This document shows positions 63,763 through 64,000 of a DNA stretch of 64,000 bases, in pieces. Under the pieces are notes generated by a model that saw nothing but the letters and a program-made list of their open reading frames with translations, was not told where the DNA came from and did no database searches. The DNA lies in assembly GCA_048537945.1 (NCBI GenBank), contig CM108483.1:9786715-9850714 (forward strand), written 5' to 3'. The first letter of the stretch is position 1. Every line of letters begins with the position of its first letter. The position numbers and the translations under genes are program-made. The stretch comes from Mnemiopsis leidyi. Its lineage: Eukaryota.

Positions 63763-63875
63763 GGCGGTAAAATCGAAATAGACGGTGTTAACATAATGGA
63801 ACTATCCTTGAAGAAACTCAGAGAAACTCTGACAATTATTCCACAAGATCCCCTTCTATTTGCTGGAACTCTGAG
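63763..63875 (+). CDS. ABCC/MRP exon 26 (NBD2 Q-loop: [20 protein letters not shown]). The gene continues beyond the window
   Basis: Matches MRP1 [20 protein letters not shown]. ttgttttcag acceptor and GTTGGT donor. Confidence 0.8.
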
Positions 63876-64000
63876 GTTGGTTAATAGCTTAACGGCCCGG
63901 ATGCCTATTTGATGAGTCATCGCTGTCGAGGAGTTTGTTTATTTCACGCTCGTTTGACGTTTCCGACGCTTAACGTCTTACGAGGGATGTTTCACTAACA

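Overview
This is AT-rich animal (invertebrate-like) nuclear DNA, not prokaryotic. It carries three host genes. A SHANK-family gene lies on the minus strand, with five ankyrin-repeat exons found (9400-22011) and a >10 kb intron. A CSTF1 (CstF-50) coding sequence is a single exon at 41867-43183 on the plus strand. A long-type ABCC/MRP transporter gene (TMD0-TMD1-NBD1-TMD2-NBD2) spans 53500 to beyond 64000 on the plus strand in at least 26 GT-AG exons. The large SHANK intron holds a CR1/L2-like LINE on the plus strand with ORF1 (zinc-finger gag-like) and ORF2 (APE endonuclease + RT). A 4.2 kb non-autonomous foldback-type element with ~1.3 kb inverted arms and a 9 bp target-site duplication (TSD) has inserted into ORF2 without disturbing the frame. 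Other mobile DNA includes a degenerate mariner copy with TIRs and TA TSDs (39852-41159), a LINE 3' tail fragment, a tRNA-derived SINE cluster in a palindromic arrangement inside an ABCC intron, and a ~3.6 kb TIR-bounded element whose interior is a 12 bp-unit satellite. Tandem repeats include a 39 bp-unit array, a 20 bp-unit array, (TC)85, and a thrice-repeated 70 bp hairpin-like motif. I found no rRNA, canonical tRNA or CRISPR features.
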